DNA from: Antedon mediterranea
Taxonomy: Eukaryota > Animalia > Echinodermata
Reading direction: 5' to 3'
Assembly: GCF_964355755.1 (NCBI RefSeq)
Contig: NC_092675.1
Span: 30,662,912 to 30,726,911, forward strand
DNA length: 64,000 bases
The position numbers were made by a program, and so were the translations under genes. The stretch's first letter is position 1; every line of letters starts with the position of its first letter. This document shows positions 25,518-37,865 of this stretch, in pieces. Below the pieces are notes generated by a model. The model made no database searches and was not told where the DNA came from. It saw only the letters and a program-made list of their open reading frames with translations.

Positions 25518-26325
25518 TGTTACATCTCTCTTAGCTCATCATCATGCTAAGCCTAAAAAGGAAAATTAAATTAAATAAAACCAACAATTAGTATTAGTAT
25601 AGTAAAATATGAACTCACTCCTGAAGTGAGAATACACATCTCACTTATCATGGTGAAAGGAACATTTATTGCTTTAATAGTTTTTGTCAATTGAATAAAT
25701 TTTGCATGGTGTTGAATTGATTAAAAAAGCTAAATCTAAAACAACTACAGAAGGAAAACATTATAAATAGAATATAAATTGTAAACACCATTTAATAATT
25801 AAAACTGTTATATTATAGTGTTACATACGTCAAAAATTCAGAGCAGAGACACCACCGAATGACCCCCTACATCGGCAAGGTAGCTAAGCCTAGTGAGGTT
25901 GGGCCTAGATAGTCTAGACCTAGCCCGTGGCCGGCCGTGTAAAAGAGGCCTGAAGAGAGCCCGATTACTCTAGCTAGAGGGAGTTAGGCCTAGGCCATAA
26001 TAATATGCTAGAAGGTAGATCTATATATCTTTTGCACTTATAGACATACACACCAACTTCTAAATGTACTCACTTAATGACTTATATTACTAACGTTAAC
26101 TAATAATTATGAAAAATTGTAAGATTAATAAGCGTTAAATAATATTCCTATTCGACGACGAAAACAATCTCCATTTTTCGATGATTTTTTGTTTATAAAA
26201 GACAATTGAGGGCGTGCTTTTAATTTTTATTTGATGTTCATTGAACCATGAAATAATACACACAACAACACAAGTGAGAACTGCTGAAAAAGGTTGTTTT
26301 CATATAAATCTCTTTTGATTTCATC
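25518..26325. promoter_or_regulatory. Probable bidirectional promoter region shared by ERCC8 and NEK8
   Basis: Divergent start codons are only about 810 bp apart, and the interval includes an ERCC8 5' UTR intron (acceptor near 25552). Confidence 0.65.
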
Positions 26326-29300
26326 ATGGAAAACTACGAAAAACTGAGAATTGTAGGACGCGGTGCCTTTGGGTAAGAAGTTTAAATAGCTACAAAATCG
26401 ATCATACATTGAAGTTGGTATTTTCTGGTCAACTTGTCATGCTATTTACTTATTTATTGAAAATGAAATAGAGCAGAGCCACTCTCTCTATCTAGCTAGG
26501 CTAGGCTAGTTTACTTTTACCAGTGAGGTGTAACAATACCCTTCAAGAGTGGGGAATCTAGGCTCTACTAGTTTAGCCTAGAACCTACCTAAACCTACGG
26601 TAGTCCTATAATATGGGCTATATAGTGGCCTGGTCAAGAGAGGTTAGCCCTACTCTTTCCCCTTGGCCTTATGTATGATGTATCCTTCCTGTAGATATTG
26701 ATTTAAAAAATTATCTATATAGAACTGTACATCTTTGTCGTCGATTAACGGATAAGAAGCTCGTAATTGTGAAACAAATTCCTGTGGAGCAGATGACGAA
26801 GGAAGAAAGGCAGGCAGCGTTAAATGAAGTGAAAGTGTTATCGATGCTTGATCACCCAAACATCATTGAATATTACGAAAACTACCTGGAAGGAACAGCA
26901 TTGATGATTGTTATGGAGTATGCAGAAGGTAAACTGATATTAAATAATTAAATTTTTAAAATAATTTTTCATTTTTCTACTATATTATATTATTAATTAT
27001 GTACTATTACCAAATCTATCAATAATCAATTTGTAGTAATGTCATTACTGTACATGTAGCATACAAATAAATTATTTTATTTGAAAAAATATGAATTTTG
27101 TTTACCAGACTTATTTTAATTTCAGGTGGTACACTCTGCGAATATTTGCAGCAACAGGGTAATGCTTTACTAGAAGAACAGGTAAAAGCACTATTTTTAG
27201 GAAAATATTACAAATCATAAAACATAAATTTGCATATTTCTGACAATCTTTTTTAAATTTTATTAGAAAGTTTCAGCATGATTGAATAAAAGGCACACAG
27301 TCAACCTTGCCAATATTAAAAAATATATTTGACACACAGTCGATTGTTCCTATAAACTTGACACCAAATATTGGCTTTCAGTACAGTCAACCATGCTAAG
27401 ACTTAAGAAATTGAGAACTTAAAATGACATGCCTTATCCATACTTAAAAATAATAATTATTTATTATCTTTTTGCAGGAGATTTTGCATTTTTTTGCCCA
27501 GATCTTATTGTCTCTTCATCATATTCATTCGAAGCAAATTTTACATCGTGATTTGAAGACACAGAATATATTACTAACCAAGCAACATGACATTGTAAAG
27601 ATTGGAGATTTTGGGATTTCAAAAATACTAAACACCAAAAGCAAGGCACAGACCGTAGTTGGAACGCCGTGTTATATTTCACCAGAGTTATGCGAAGGAA
27701 AACCGTATCCTTGTCTTTTAGATTGTAGTAAAATAGGATGACATAGTTTTGTCCCACATCTATATATTTTTTAGATAAAATTTGTAAGTAAATGTTCAAG
27801 AATGTCCTGAACATAAAACTGCTTATAATTTTGCATATCAATTAGGCCTACTACGATATTATTCAAGTTTTTATCCTTGATGTTGTTGCAGTTATAATCA
27901 AAAGAGTGATATATGGGCGCTAGGCTGTGTGCTGTATGAATTAGCTACATTGAAACGTGCATTTGAAGGACCAGTAAGTAACACACATATATTTCATGTA
28001 ATATGGGCGCTTTCCATGTTTTTAATGATGAATTTTGGATATTATGACTGTACACAAATTGTTCTCAATTATTGAAAAATAAAAGAAATATTATCTACCA
28101 CTGAATGATACACATAATCAAAAATGGAACTTTTTTAAAATTTTTCTCTAAGAACTTACCAGCGTTAGTTTTGAAAATAATGCGAGGGGCTGTTGCACCA
28201 GTATCTGATAAGTACAGCAAAGACCTACATCAACTTATCCTACATATGTTACATCTGACCCCTGAGAAACGACCCACAATAACGCAGGTCATGGCTGAAC
28301 CAATCATTATCAATTCACTTCTTAATCTGCACTCAGAAATTGGAAGAGTTAAGTGTGAGAAAAAGTATGTTTTCAGTCATCCTCACTTTTTCTTTCTAGA
28401 TTAGAAAACGACTCTTTTATAATTATGTATCTTATGAAAATACAGTTGAATTAAATTGAATTGAATAATCATTTTATATTCATCTGGGATATGGCGCCAT
28501 TATTTCATTGCATTTCTTAGGCTACATCATTCCTTTTTTTCTTCCAATTAAAAATTGATTATGCAGGTTTCTTGATTAGCTATTTAGAACTCATGTACCA
28601 TGAAACATGTAAATTAAAATGTCCACTTAAGATGTTTAGAATGTAGTGAATGTTCTTTTTGCAGACTTCCTCCGTTGCCACCATTGACTCCACGCACCAT
28701 TGATGGCAGATCAAACAGTAGAATGTCAAGCAGAAGTAAGTCAAACAGTCTCACATTATTGCTACACAATTAATATCTTTTTATCTTTTGTCGCACATTA
28801 CATTTTTATTTCTTGTTTTAATAGGTTCATCAAAGAATGTTATTCATGACGGATCCACAGTGCCTAGCGCCCTCAACACTATCTACTGCTGGGGTAACAA
28901 CGTCAGCCCTCCAATCAAACTACCCTTACCACACAATGACACGCAGGTGGTGCAAGTGTCAACTGGACGTAATCAGAAGGCCGCAGTCACTAAGAATGGA
29001 CGGCTTATACTTTGGGAGGTAAGGTGTATACAGACACTCAAATCAAAGTTTGATTCAACAAATTTATACCAAACTACAGGATTAAAGTGCACTGCTTATA
29101 CTTTGTGAGGTAAGGTGTATACAGACACTCAAATCAAAGTTCAACTTAACATCTTCATACCAAACTGCACCGTTAAAGTTCATAAACTGCAGGGTTAAAG
29201 TGCGTGTTATAAATAAAAAATAATTAGTCTTCAGTGCACCTCTTCCAATGCCCTTTAATATTATTCCATAAACCATTTTAAGGGGCTTACAAATTCACAT

Positions 29301-32300
29301 TAATAATATGTTATATTTATTACACAGTGTCCAGTTGTTGGAGCTGAGAGTATGTTACCAGGTGCTACTGACCCCGAGATGCCATCGTATATCCCTCGTT
29401 TTCTTGAGGGTCAGTCAGCAGTGACCATTAAGCATGTCTCATGTGGCGATTTATTCACCGCTTGTTTAACTGGTAAATAACACATTTTCTAATACTTTTT
29501 GTTTTGCTGATAACTTATATACAGTATAAACTTTATAAACTTTCTTTTGTTATTAAAGCCTGTTTGTTGTTTGGTTTGCTGTGTGTAAAGTTAAAAATTA
29601 TTTTAAATCAAGATCAGCCTTTTTCTTTTATGGGTGAACTGTAAAACAAACTCTATCTTTTACTCAGTTTTGGTGTATTTTAGGTTCTAATTTTTAAATC
29701 TCTTTCTTACATTCTACCACATTTGCCATAAGTGTCCTAAAGTAAATCTAACTTCATTCTAGATCGTGGAATCCTAATGACATACGGCAGCGGAGCACAT
29801 GGCTGTCTGGGCCACGGAAACTATCATGATGTACCTCAAGCTAAAATTGTTGAAGCTTTACTTGGTTATGAGATAACAATGGTGTCATGTGGTGCATCAC
29901 ATGTCATGGCAGTAACCAATGAGCATGAAGTATTTGCTTGGGGTCGAGGTGACAATGGTAAAACTAAAAAATGATTTTTCTTTGAAATTTGAGATTCAGT
30001 TAATTTTTCAAATTACATAGGATTATAAGATGAGATGAAATAAATAAAATAATGAAAAAAATGGAGGGAAAAAAACAAAAGAGCAATGCTTGTTTTTATG
30101 GCTAACCTTATACGTATACAATGACAATAAAAACAAATTACTTACACAAAGCAAATAAAGGCTAACATTTTGTTTAAATAAAGCTCACATTTATTATGAA
30201 TTATTATATGATTGTTTTGATATTTTATGTAGGACGCTTAGGACTAGGAAATGCTGATTCCACGTCATCACCACACCCTGTACCCCTTGCAGACACTGAT
30301 CAAGCTTTATCAGTTCACTGTGGAGTCGACTGCTCAGCTTTACTCACAACAAACAAACAACTCCTAGCCTGTGGAAGTAACAGGTATTTATTACATTATA
30401 CTTTCACAATAATTTCTTATTTAGAATTGTCTTAGCAGTGCCTAAAAAAAAAATGTGATGTGTCCATATATGGACCACATTTGGGCATATTACTACCATA
30501 TTTTGACACATCACACTTTTTTGATAGTGTAGACAGAGCTTTTATTTTTATTTTATTTATTCATTTCCCAACCAACAGTGAGCTCATGGTTCACCACTTA
30601 CAGGAGGGAACACAGACAAACACGAACATATACAATAACAAACATTAAACTAAACTACTAACAATGTTACGAAACTTACGGAAATTATTACTAAAGATAT
30701 CTAACTCAGGGTTTCTTAAAGTAAAAGAATTATAAGTTTGACTTAATCTACTAATAAAACCATTTTTTAAAACATTTACTCTACTAAAAGGAATATGAAA
30801 AGTAGTATTTCTTCTAAGACGACGACTAGGGACTCTAAGATAAAAATTACTAACTAAATTACAGTCAAATAAAGAATTAATACATTTATACAAAAAAACA
30901 AGATCAAAAAAGGTTCTACGAGACTCAGGAGATCGGACATGGAAATGAAAGTCAGGATTCTGGTTGTGGCTGATGTAGCGTAAAAAACGGTTATGCAGAC
31001 GGTTATATGCTCATACAAGCATACAGAAAGCATTACAATAATATTGACTGTTTCTGCTTGCAGGTTTAACAAGTTAAATCTTGACTGTGTTGAGTCAGAT
31101 GGTAACTGCACACAGCAAGTTGAAGATGTGCACATATTCACACATGCAGGCACAGACCCCCTCAACCAAGTACAAGTAAACCATGTTGCCTTAGGAACAT
31201 CACACTCTGCTGTCATTACAGGTATCACTTGTTTTAACATAGAAAAGTGTACGATAGAATGTTAAGGCATTAACAGACAGCTTCTCGCAACGGCCTAAAA
31301 ACTACAGCCGACGCTATCTCAAGACAACTCATCTCGTCGGAATTGAACTCGGACCACACCGATGAGTCAAGACGTTCTGTTGTTCTGGTACAGGTTATTC
31401 CTCCACGTGTCCAAGTTGACTGAATGTAGTGTAATTGACATAGTTACAAACGTTATTATGAAATTTATGTTTTTTAATTGACAGATCAGCGTGAATGTTA
31501 CATGTCTGGATCAAACCTCTTTGGTCAGCTTGGGTTTAAGAATGAAGGTGAGGCAGCATCACGACAGCCCCACTTGTTAGATCTACCTGGCAGTGTCCAT
31601 GTTGACTTAATTTGCTGTGGTGACATGTTTACAACTGCAGTCACTGCTGGTGAGTGTAACTTTTTTGTTGTAAACAACTTCATTGTAAAAAAAACACCTT
31701 GTAATAACTGAATGACATACATTAAATGAGGTATGACCTCTGTAGGTATGACCTCTGTAGGTATGACCTCTGTAGGTATGACCTCTGTAGGTCAAGCTCT
31801 GCTAAAAAACGATTGAGGATTCTTAATTTGAATCATCTAATTGTTTCATTAAAAAATCTTTAAATGTGATGAGTTTATGTAAATAATACCGTATTGTGTT
31901 TCCTTAGATGGAGAGGTTTTTTCATGGGGCAAAGCCTCTAGAGGGCGTCTTGGAAGGAAAGATGGTGAATATTTCAACCCGTCACCTTTGAATTTACAAG
32001 AAGGAGATGATGGGATAGAAGTCATCTCAATATCCAGTAGTCATGGCAGCACATTAATGGCTGCTAAAAGTAAGATTGTATTTCAAGTGTTTAGTTTAAC
32101 TTATAGTCCATGGGATTTAGACTTTTAACTCACACAAATTGCAAGAAAAGGTTTTTTTGATGAAATGTGTTCTTTAGACCCTACTGAACACATTTTTCAA
32201 CGTTACAGTAGGACATTTTTCGACAACAGGAAGTAGCCTAATTTGCATAATTAAAAATGGCGGCCATTTTTAATAACGTACTCTGTATCTTGGAAACCGC

Positions 32301-34962
32301 TAGTCACAGATACTTAATTATGGTGTCAAAATCATTAGAATATATGTTTTTATATTCACTTTAATGAAAAAGTTTGTCCAAAAATGAATGGAAGTGCTAT
32401 TTCTAACATTATTGACCTTTGACCTTGATTTATCATATCTCAGCAACCACTAATCGGAGATATACAAATTAGGGCTTAAATTGTTCAGAAACTACACATT
32501 TATATCCAGTCTAATGGCATGTTTTTGCAAAAAATGGCGGATTCTAACATTATTGACCTTTGACCTTGATTTATCATATCTTAGCAACCACTAATCTGAG
32601 AGACACACAATATGGCTCAAACTGTTTAGAAACTACATATTTATATTTAGTCTAATGGCATGTTTTTTGCAAAAAATGGCCGATTCTAACATTATTGACC
32701 TTTGAACTTTGCACTACATAAAATCGCATAACTTTGAAAATATTGTACATATGAAATTATATTTAGTGTCAAATTATTCAGAACATACATGTTTCTATAG
32801 AGTCCAATGACACATTATGTCCAATAATGACCTATTGTATGGTTATTAACATTTGAACTATATTTGAAAAGGATTTTTAAACCCGGAATCTTCTTCATGT
32901 AGGCATTCATTAGAACATGTGATTTGGCACTACTTGTTTAGAATATGGTGGTAATTTAAAGTGCATGTAACCAGTTGATTTAAATTAAATTTTAAAACTG
33001 AAATATTCACTTTAAAAAAAAATATTAGACTATGTATACATACATTATAGGTTTGGATTATTAATAAATTTTTAATTAGGTCTTACATCTTACTCAGGAG
33101 AAAGTTGGTGTTGACACTATTAACAGAGCCAACAAAAATGTAGTTTTTTTTATGATATATTGTACATACTTTAAATAGGCCATGCCATTTTGCAGGTTTA
33201 TTAACGTTTTTTTCAAGTTAGTAATTTATTTTTTGATCAAATTAAATTGCCATTAAATGGCATATTCAAAAAACAAATTTCTAAAGATTATTTAGTTTAT
33301 ATTTTGCTAAGGATAGCATCACTCTTGAGGGCATTCTTTTAGGTTGAAACATAGTCTTATTAAGAAGGCATTTTCTACTAATAGACGCATTGTTGACAAC
33401 TGGAATTTTAAAAGATCGATATTAATGCAACATATTTAGTTTAGTTTAATTAATTGGCTATCGAGACTCATAATTAGGCTGACCACCACTTGCAATATTT
33501 TCGCCGTATACAGTAAAAACCCCAGTTTCTTATGGAATTTATTTATTTATTTCAATAACCATATACAGTACGACTACTAGTCGTGTATAGTTTTTAACCT
33601 TTTATAACTTGTTTTTGTACTTTTTTTATGTGAATGTATTGTGTATGTACCATGTTTCTATGTGGTTTAATTTTTACCATTTTTTAACCATCAATTTTAA
33701 TGCTTTTAATATTATATAAATATATTGTAATTCAGCTTCAGCTGCGAAAACGATAAGAAATAAAATAAACAAACGTGTAAACTTGTAGGCAGTTTATGGA
33801 TGAATGCAATAGTTTATGCTTATAAATTTAATGTACCATGGCCTACTTTAAACTAAACATAATAAGTCAACATTGCAACTCTTACATTTTAGAGTGCCAA
33901 ATCACATGTTCTAATGGATGTCCACATGAAGAAGATTCCGGGTTTAAAGGCTTTTCAAATATAGTTCAAATGTTAATAACCATACAATAGGTCATTATTG
34001 GACATAATGTGTCATTGGACTCTATAGAAACATGTATGTTCTGAATAATTTGACACTAAATATAATTTCATATGTACAATATTTTCAAAGTTATGCGATT
34101 TTATGTAGTGCAAAGTTCAAAGGTCAATAATGTTAGAATCGGCCATTTTTTGCAAAAAACATGCCATTAGACTAAATATAAATATGTAGTTTCTAAACAG
34201 TTTGAGCCATATTGTGTGTCTCTCAGATTAGTGGTTGCTAAGATATGATAAATCAAGGTCAAAGGTCAATAATGTTAGAATCCGCCATTTTTTGCAAAAA
34301 CATGCCATTAGACTGGATATAAATGTGTAGTTTCTGAACAATTTAAGCCCTAATTTGTATATCTCCGATTAGTGGTTGCTGAGATATGATAAATCAAGGT
34401 CAAAGGTCAATAATGTTAGAAATAGCACTTCCATTCATTTTTGGACAAACTTTTTCATTAAAGTGAATATAAAAACATATATTCTAACGATTTTGACACC
34501 ATAATTAAGTATCTGTGACTAGCGGTTTCCAAGATACAGAGTACGTTATTAAAAATGGCCGCCATTTTTAATTATGCAAATTAGGCTACTTCCTGTTGTC
34601 GAAAAATGTCCTAACGTTGATAAATGTGTTCAGTAGGGTCTAAAGAACACATTTCATCAAAAAAACCTTTTCTTGCAATTTGTGTGAGAAAAGGGTCATT
34701 TTTTAGCTAAATCCCATGGACTATTAATGAGGTAGAGAGGTGTAATAAGCCAAAGGCTAGAGGGCATAGGACCCAACAAGTTACAATACAAACTACAAAA
34801 AAACAGTTTAAATTTCTCAATATTGCTTTCACATGTTTTCATGTTGTTTTTCATGATAGTTGACTGACTTTCACTTTTTTTAACTATTTACTTTATATAT
34901 TTTTTCATATATAAGCTAGATATCATTATAACATTGTTTTCTTACTGTTTTCAGCTAAATGA
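26326..34962 (+). CDS. NEK8: Serine/threonine kinase NEK8 (NIMA kinase plus RCC1 repeats), 15 coding exons
   Basis: Exons 26326-26372, 26723-26928, 27126-27181, 27478-27704, 27892-27973, 28153-28364, 28665-28735, 28825-29018, 29328-29472, 29763-29957, 30233-30383, 31064-31221, 31485-31649, 31908-32069 and probably 34955-34962. Motifs [64 protein letters not shown]. Confidence 0.95.
27705..27891 (+). other. U12-type (minor spliceosome) GT-AG intron in NEK8
   Basis: 5' splice site GTATCCTTG. Branch-like TTATCCTTGAT with its A 11 nt before the AG, and no long pyrimidine tract. The join gives the conserved [12 protein letters not shown]. Confidence 0.85.
30541..30990 (-). mobile_element. Decayed 3' end of a LINE (CR1/Jockey-like) in a NEK8 intron
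   Basis: Encodes [10 protein letters not shown]...[32 protein letters not shown], similar to an ORF2 C-terminus, followed by an (AATAA)n tail. Confidence 0.6.
31730..31792. repeat. 15-bp tandem repeat x4 (GGTATGACCTCTGTA)
   Basis: Direct inspection. Confidence 0.9.
32104..34723. mobile_element. Long-TIR (foldback) non-autonomous DNA transposon, Academ-like, in the last NEK8 intron
   Basis: [TTA]TAGTCCATGGGATTTAG ... CTAAATCCCATGGACTA[TTA]: TAG...CTA termini with 3-bp TSD. Near-identical TIRs of about 830 bp (32104-32931, 33893-34723) contain internal repeats of about 120-140 bp. Confidence 0.9.
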
Positions 34963-35885
34963 TTCAAAATATCAGCCAAGTCGTAGCATGTCGCTTCCAG
35001 AGGTTTTGATCTCTCTCTCTCTCTCCGATACTAGTTGATGTGTCCCTAATATTGTTATATTCATATAGTTTCTCTACTGATGTGCTCTGCTTATTTTTCC
35101 TTCCATTGATGTCCAAACTGTCATCTGTAATTCATCTAACATGACCTGTTCATGTACATTTGCTGAATTTAAACTGTTTCCATTATTTCTGTTGCATTTG
35201 TTTGTATGTTTTCAGCATGCCACACTCCAAATGTGCAATAAGTTCAACAATAGTTGTTTATTACCTGTTCCAGGAATTTTTGACCAATTTGAAGGTTTTA
35301 TTCATAAACTAAGTAATTTTATGAATTTTACTTTTGTAGGTAAACAAATGAATAACTGTAATTAAATATACCTTGATAAAAAGGCAAAAATAATTGTAAA
35401 ATATTGTTGACATGTTGACATGCTATAAAGCATACTGTATCCAAGTATGTACTAATATTAGCACCTTTTATGTGAGTACTTAAGTTCTATACAAAATATT
35501 TCATAGTGTATTTTATTAAGTTTAAACAATATCGATAAAAGATGTATATTTTTATACCATATTTATGTACTTACTGGTCAAAATTGTGCCAATTGTGATG
35601 ATATTTGAGAATTTGATTTTTCTCACAGTTAAATATAGCCATAAAGAATGTGAATTTCCATAATCCTATATTATTTTTGTATACATACTTGTTTGTAATA
35701 AACTGTCATGAAGATCATTTAAAATTGTGTCAAATTAAATACTTGTTTGTATTGTTATACTTTATAATATTAATAAGAAAGAAAAAAATGTTTTAATTGA
35801 TCTTCTATTGATTTCACCAGAAATAAAATCTACCTAAATAGTTGTGGTCAATATGTACACTAGTTTACCAGGAGCAGCACATTTG

Positions 35886-36026
35886 TATTTTATTTATTTG
35901 TTTATTTCACCTTATTATAGAGGGTGACCCTAAACAGTAAATAGACCCTAAACAGCGTATGCTGACAATCAAGGGGCCCTCTTGATGAGTCTGTGTGTGA
36001 CAGTGGCTGTGTATACTAGTACACCC
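35886..36026 (-). mobile_element. 3' fragment of the Deu-like SINE seen at 1630-1897
   Basis: Reverse complement of CACAGCCACTGTCAC...GGGCCCCTTGATTGTCAGCATACGCTGTTTAGGGTCACCCTCTATA. Confidence 0.8.
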
Positions 36027-36236
36027 CTAAATTAGTTTTTCAAAACCGTCCTGTATGTGCACTTTCCCCATTTAGTTCACTACAGTAGTATTCAATGGTG
36101 TAATGGCTACAGTATAAGCGCTCATCGACTGACCAAGCTTATAGGGGAAATAACGAGAATTAAAATATGTCGAAAAGGGCTAAAAAAACACCCGAGGCAT
36201 CCAGAGTTGGAAGGCCACTTAGGGTTCCCAAACCAG

Positions 36237-36401
36237 GGGGCTCAGGCCTCTGCGTTACTCCACTATATTGGGGCTCAGGCCTCTGCGTTACTCCACTATA
36301 TTGGGGCTCAGGCCTCTGCGTTACTCCACTATATTGGGGCTCAGGCCTCTGCGTTACTCCACTATATTGGGGCTCAGGCCTCTGCGTTACTCCACTATAT
36401 T
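36237..36401. repeat. 33-bp perfect tandem repeat x5
   Basis: Unit GGGGCTCAGGCCTCTGCGTTACTCCACTATATT. Confidence 0.95.
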
Positions 36402-37865
36402 GTATTGTATATGCCTGAGTTAGTCTCCTGGGCCTGAGTACAAAATGAGGCAGTGGGTATTACAGTACAGTACATTAATGTCATATATACAGTACATTAA
36501 TGTCAATATTCAACTGATTGAAATACAAAGACTGCAGATGGTTCAATATTAGGGTACAAACAAAAACCATTTAATGCTACAGAAGAAAATCAACACCAAT
36601 GTTTATCAATTATTGAATACTTTATTGTTTTAAACATTTATATTAAGAAATACCATAAATGTATATTTCATCTAAGAAATAATGTAACTGTATATTATTT
36701 TTATTAATCTACCTTATTCCGCTAAATATATATTGACCAATTTAACCGGCTGAGTTTCACAACACAACCCTATAGCTCACATGTGTTAAATATTGTAATA
36801 CTGTATAATAATTGATAAGTATGATTTATAGCAATGCTTTTTATTTTATTAATACAAAAAATACAATATGCAATATCTCTATCTTCAAAAAGAACTACTG
36901 TAGCAACTCTACAAAACTACTGTCATCCATTTTACTATTTTAAAATTTGTAAAAATGTTCCAGTTACTGAATTTAAGTAAGTAAGTAAACCCCCATAATA
37001 CAACACCCAGTTAAAAATGATTTCTATGCAAATGTCACATTCATTTGGACCGCATAACCATAAATTAAAAAATATAAAATCTTTAAAATGACGGTTTTCA
37101 GCTTTAGAATACAGGTCGAGTATTCAACATCCTTGTAACCAAGATACAGCACACATATTTATCACATGTGACCAATATCAGGAATTACTTTTACGGTTGG
37201 AGTAAATACAGTGTCACAGATAAATGTATCACAGTATTTGCCTAAATACAGTAGGGAGAATTAACTACTGCAGTATTATTAGTATGGTATAATGAATAAT
37301 GGCAAAAGATGAATTAAAATTTGCTTAATGATATTTATGTGTGCAAAATTGAATCATCATCAAATTAATAATTATTATTCAGGTTAATTTAGCGCATTAT
37401 GCAAACGCTTCAATGCGCTTAACAGTTTAAAAAGTGGATGTTTTAAAATGGCAACCTGCACCACTTATTTCAGCTTTATACAAATTGAGTAAATAAATTC
37501 TATGTTTAGAATAAGCTAATAAGTAGTTAAACATTATGCATCAAACATTCAAAACTTGGTTCTTAACAACATTACGTTTTAAAATAAAACGGTCCACAAC
37601 ATTTCACAATCGCATAAAATCATGAAGGCTTACTAACAAAACGTTACAGAGGGGTTGAAGTCGCCTAAATAAACAGCTTTACACGTAGGAATAGTATAAG
37701 ATTATTATATTCTAGTTGGACTAACAATTAACAAGAGTAAATATAGTAAACAACACAAAGTTTGTGATGCATAATATCAGACGCAATGCTTCTAAAATCA
37801 GTTATTGAATGCAGTAGTATTCATAATGTTTATGTATGTCGCCCTCTAGTGATAAGTACAAATAT

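Noticed and set aside
26680-26690. Second GTATCCTT U12-like donor in NEK8 intron 1
   Set aside because: It is not at an exon boundary. Intron 1 uses an ordinary GTAAG donor that keeps the frame.
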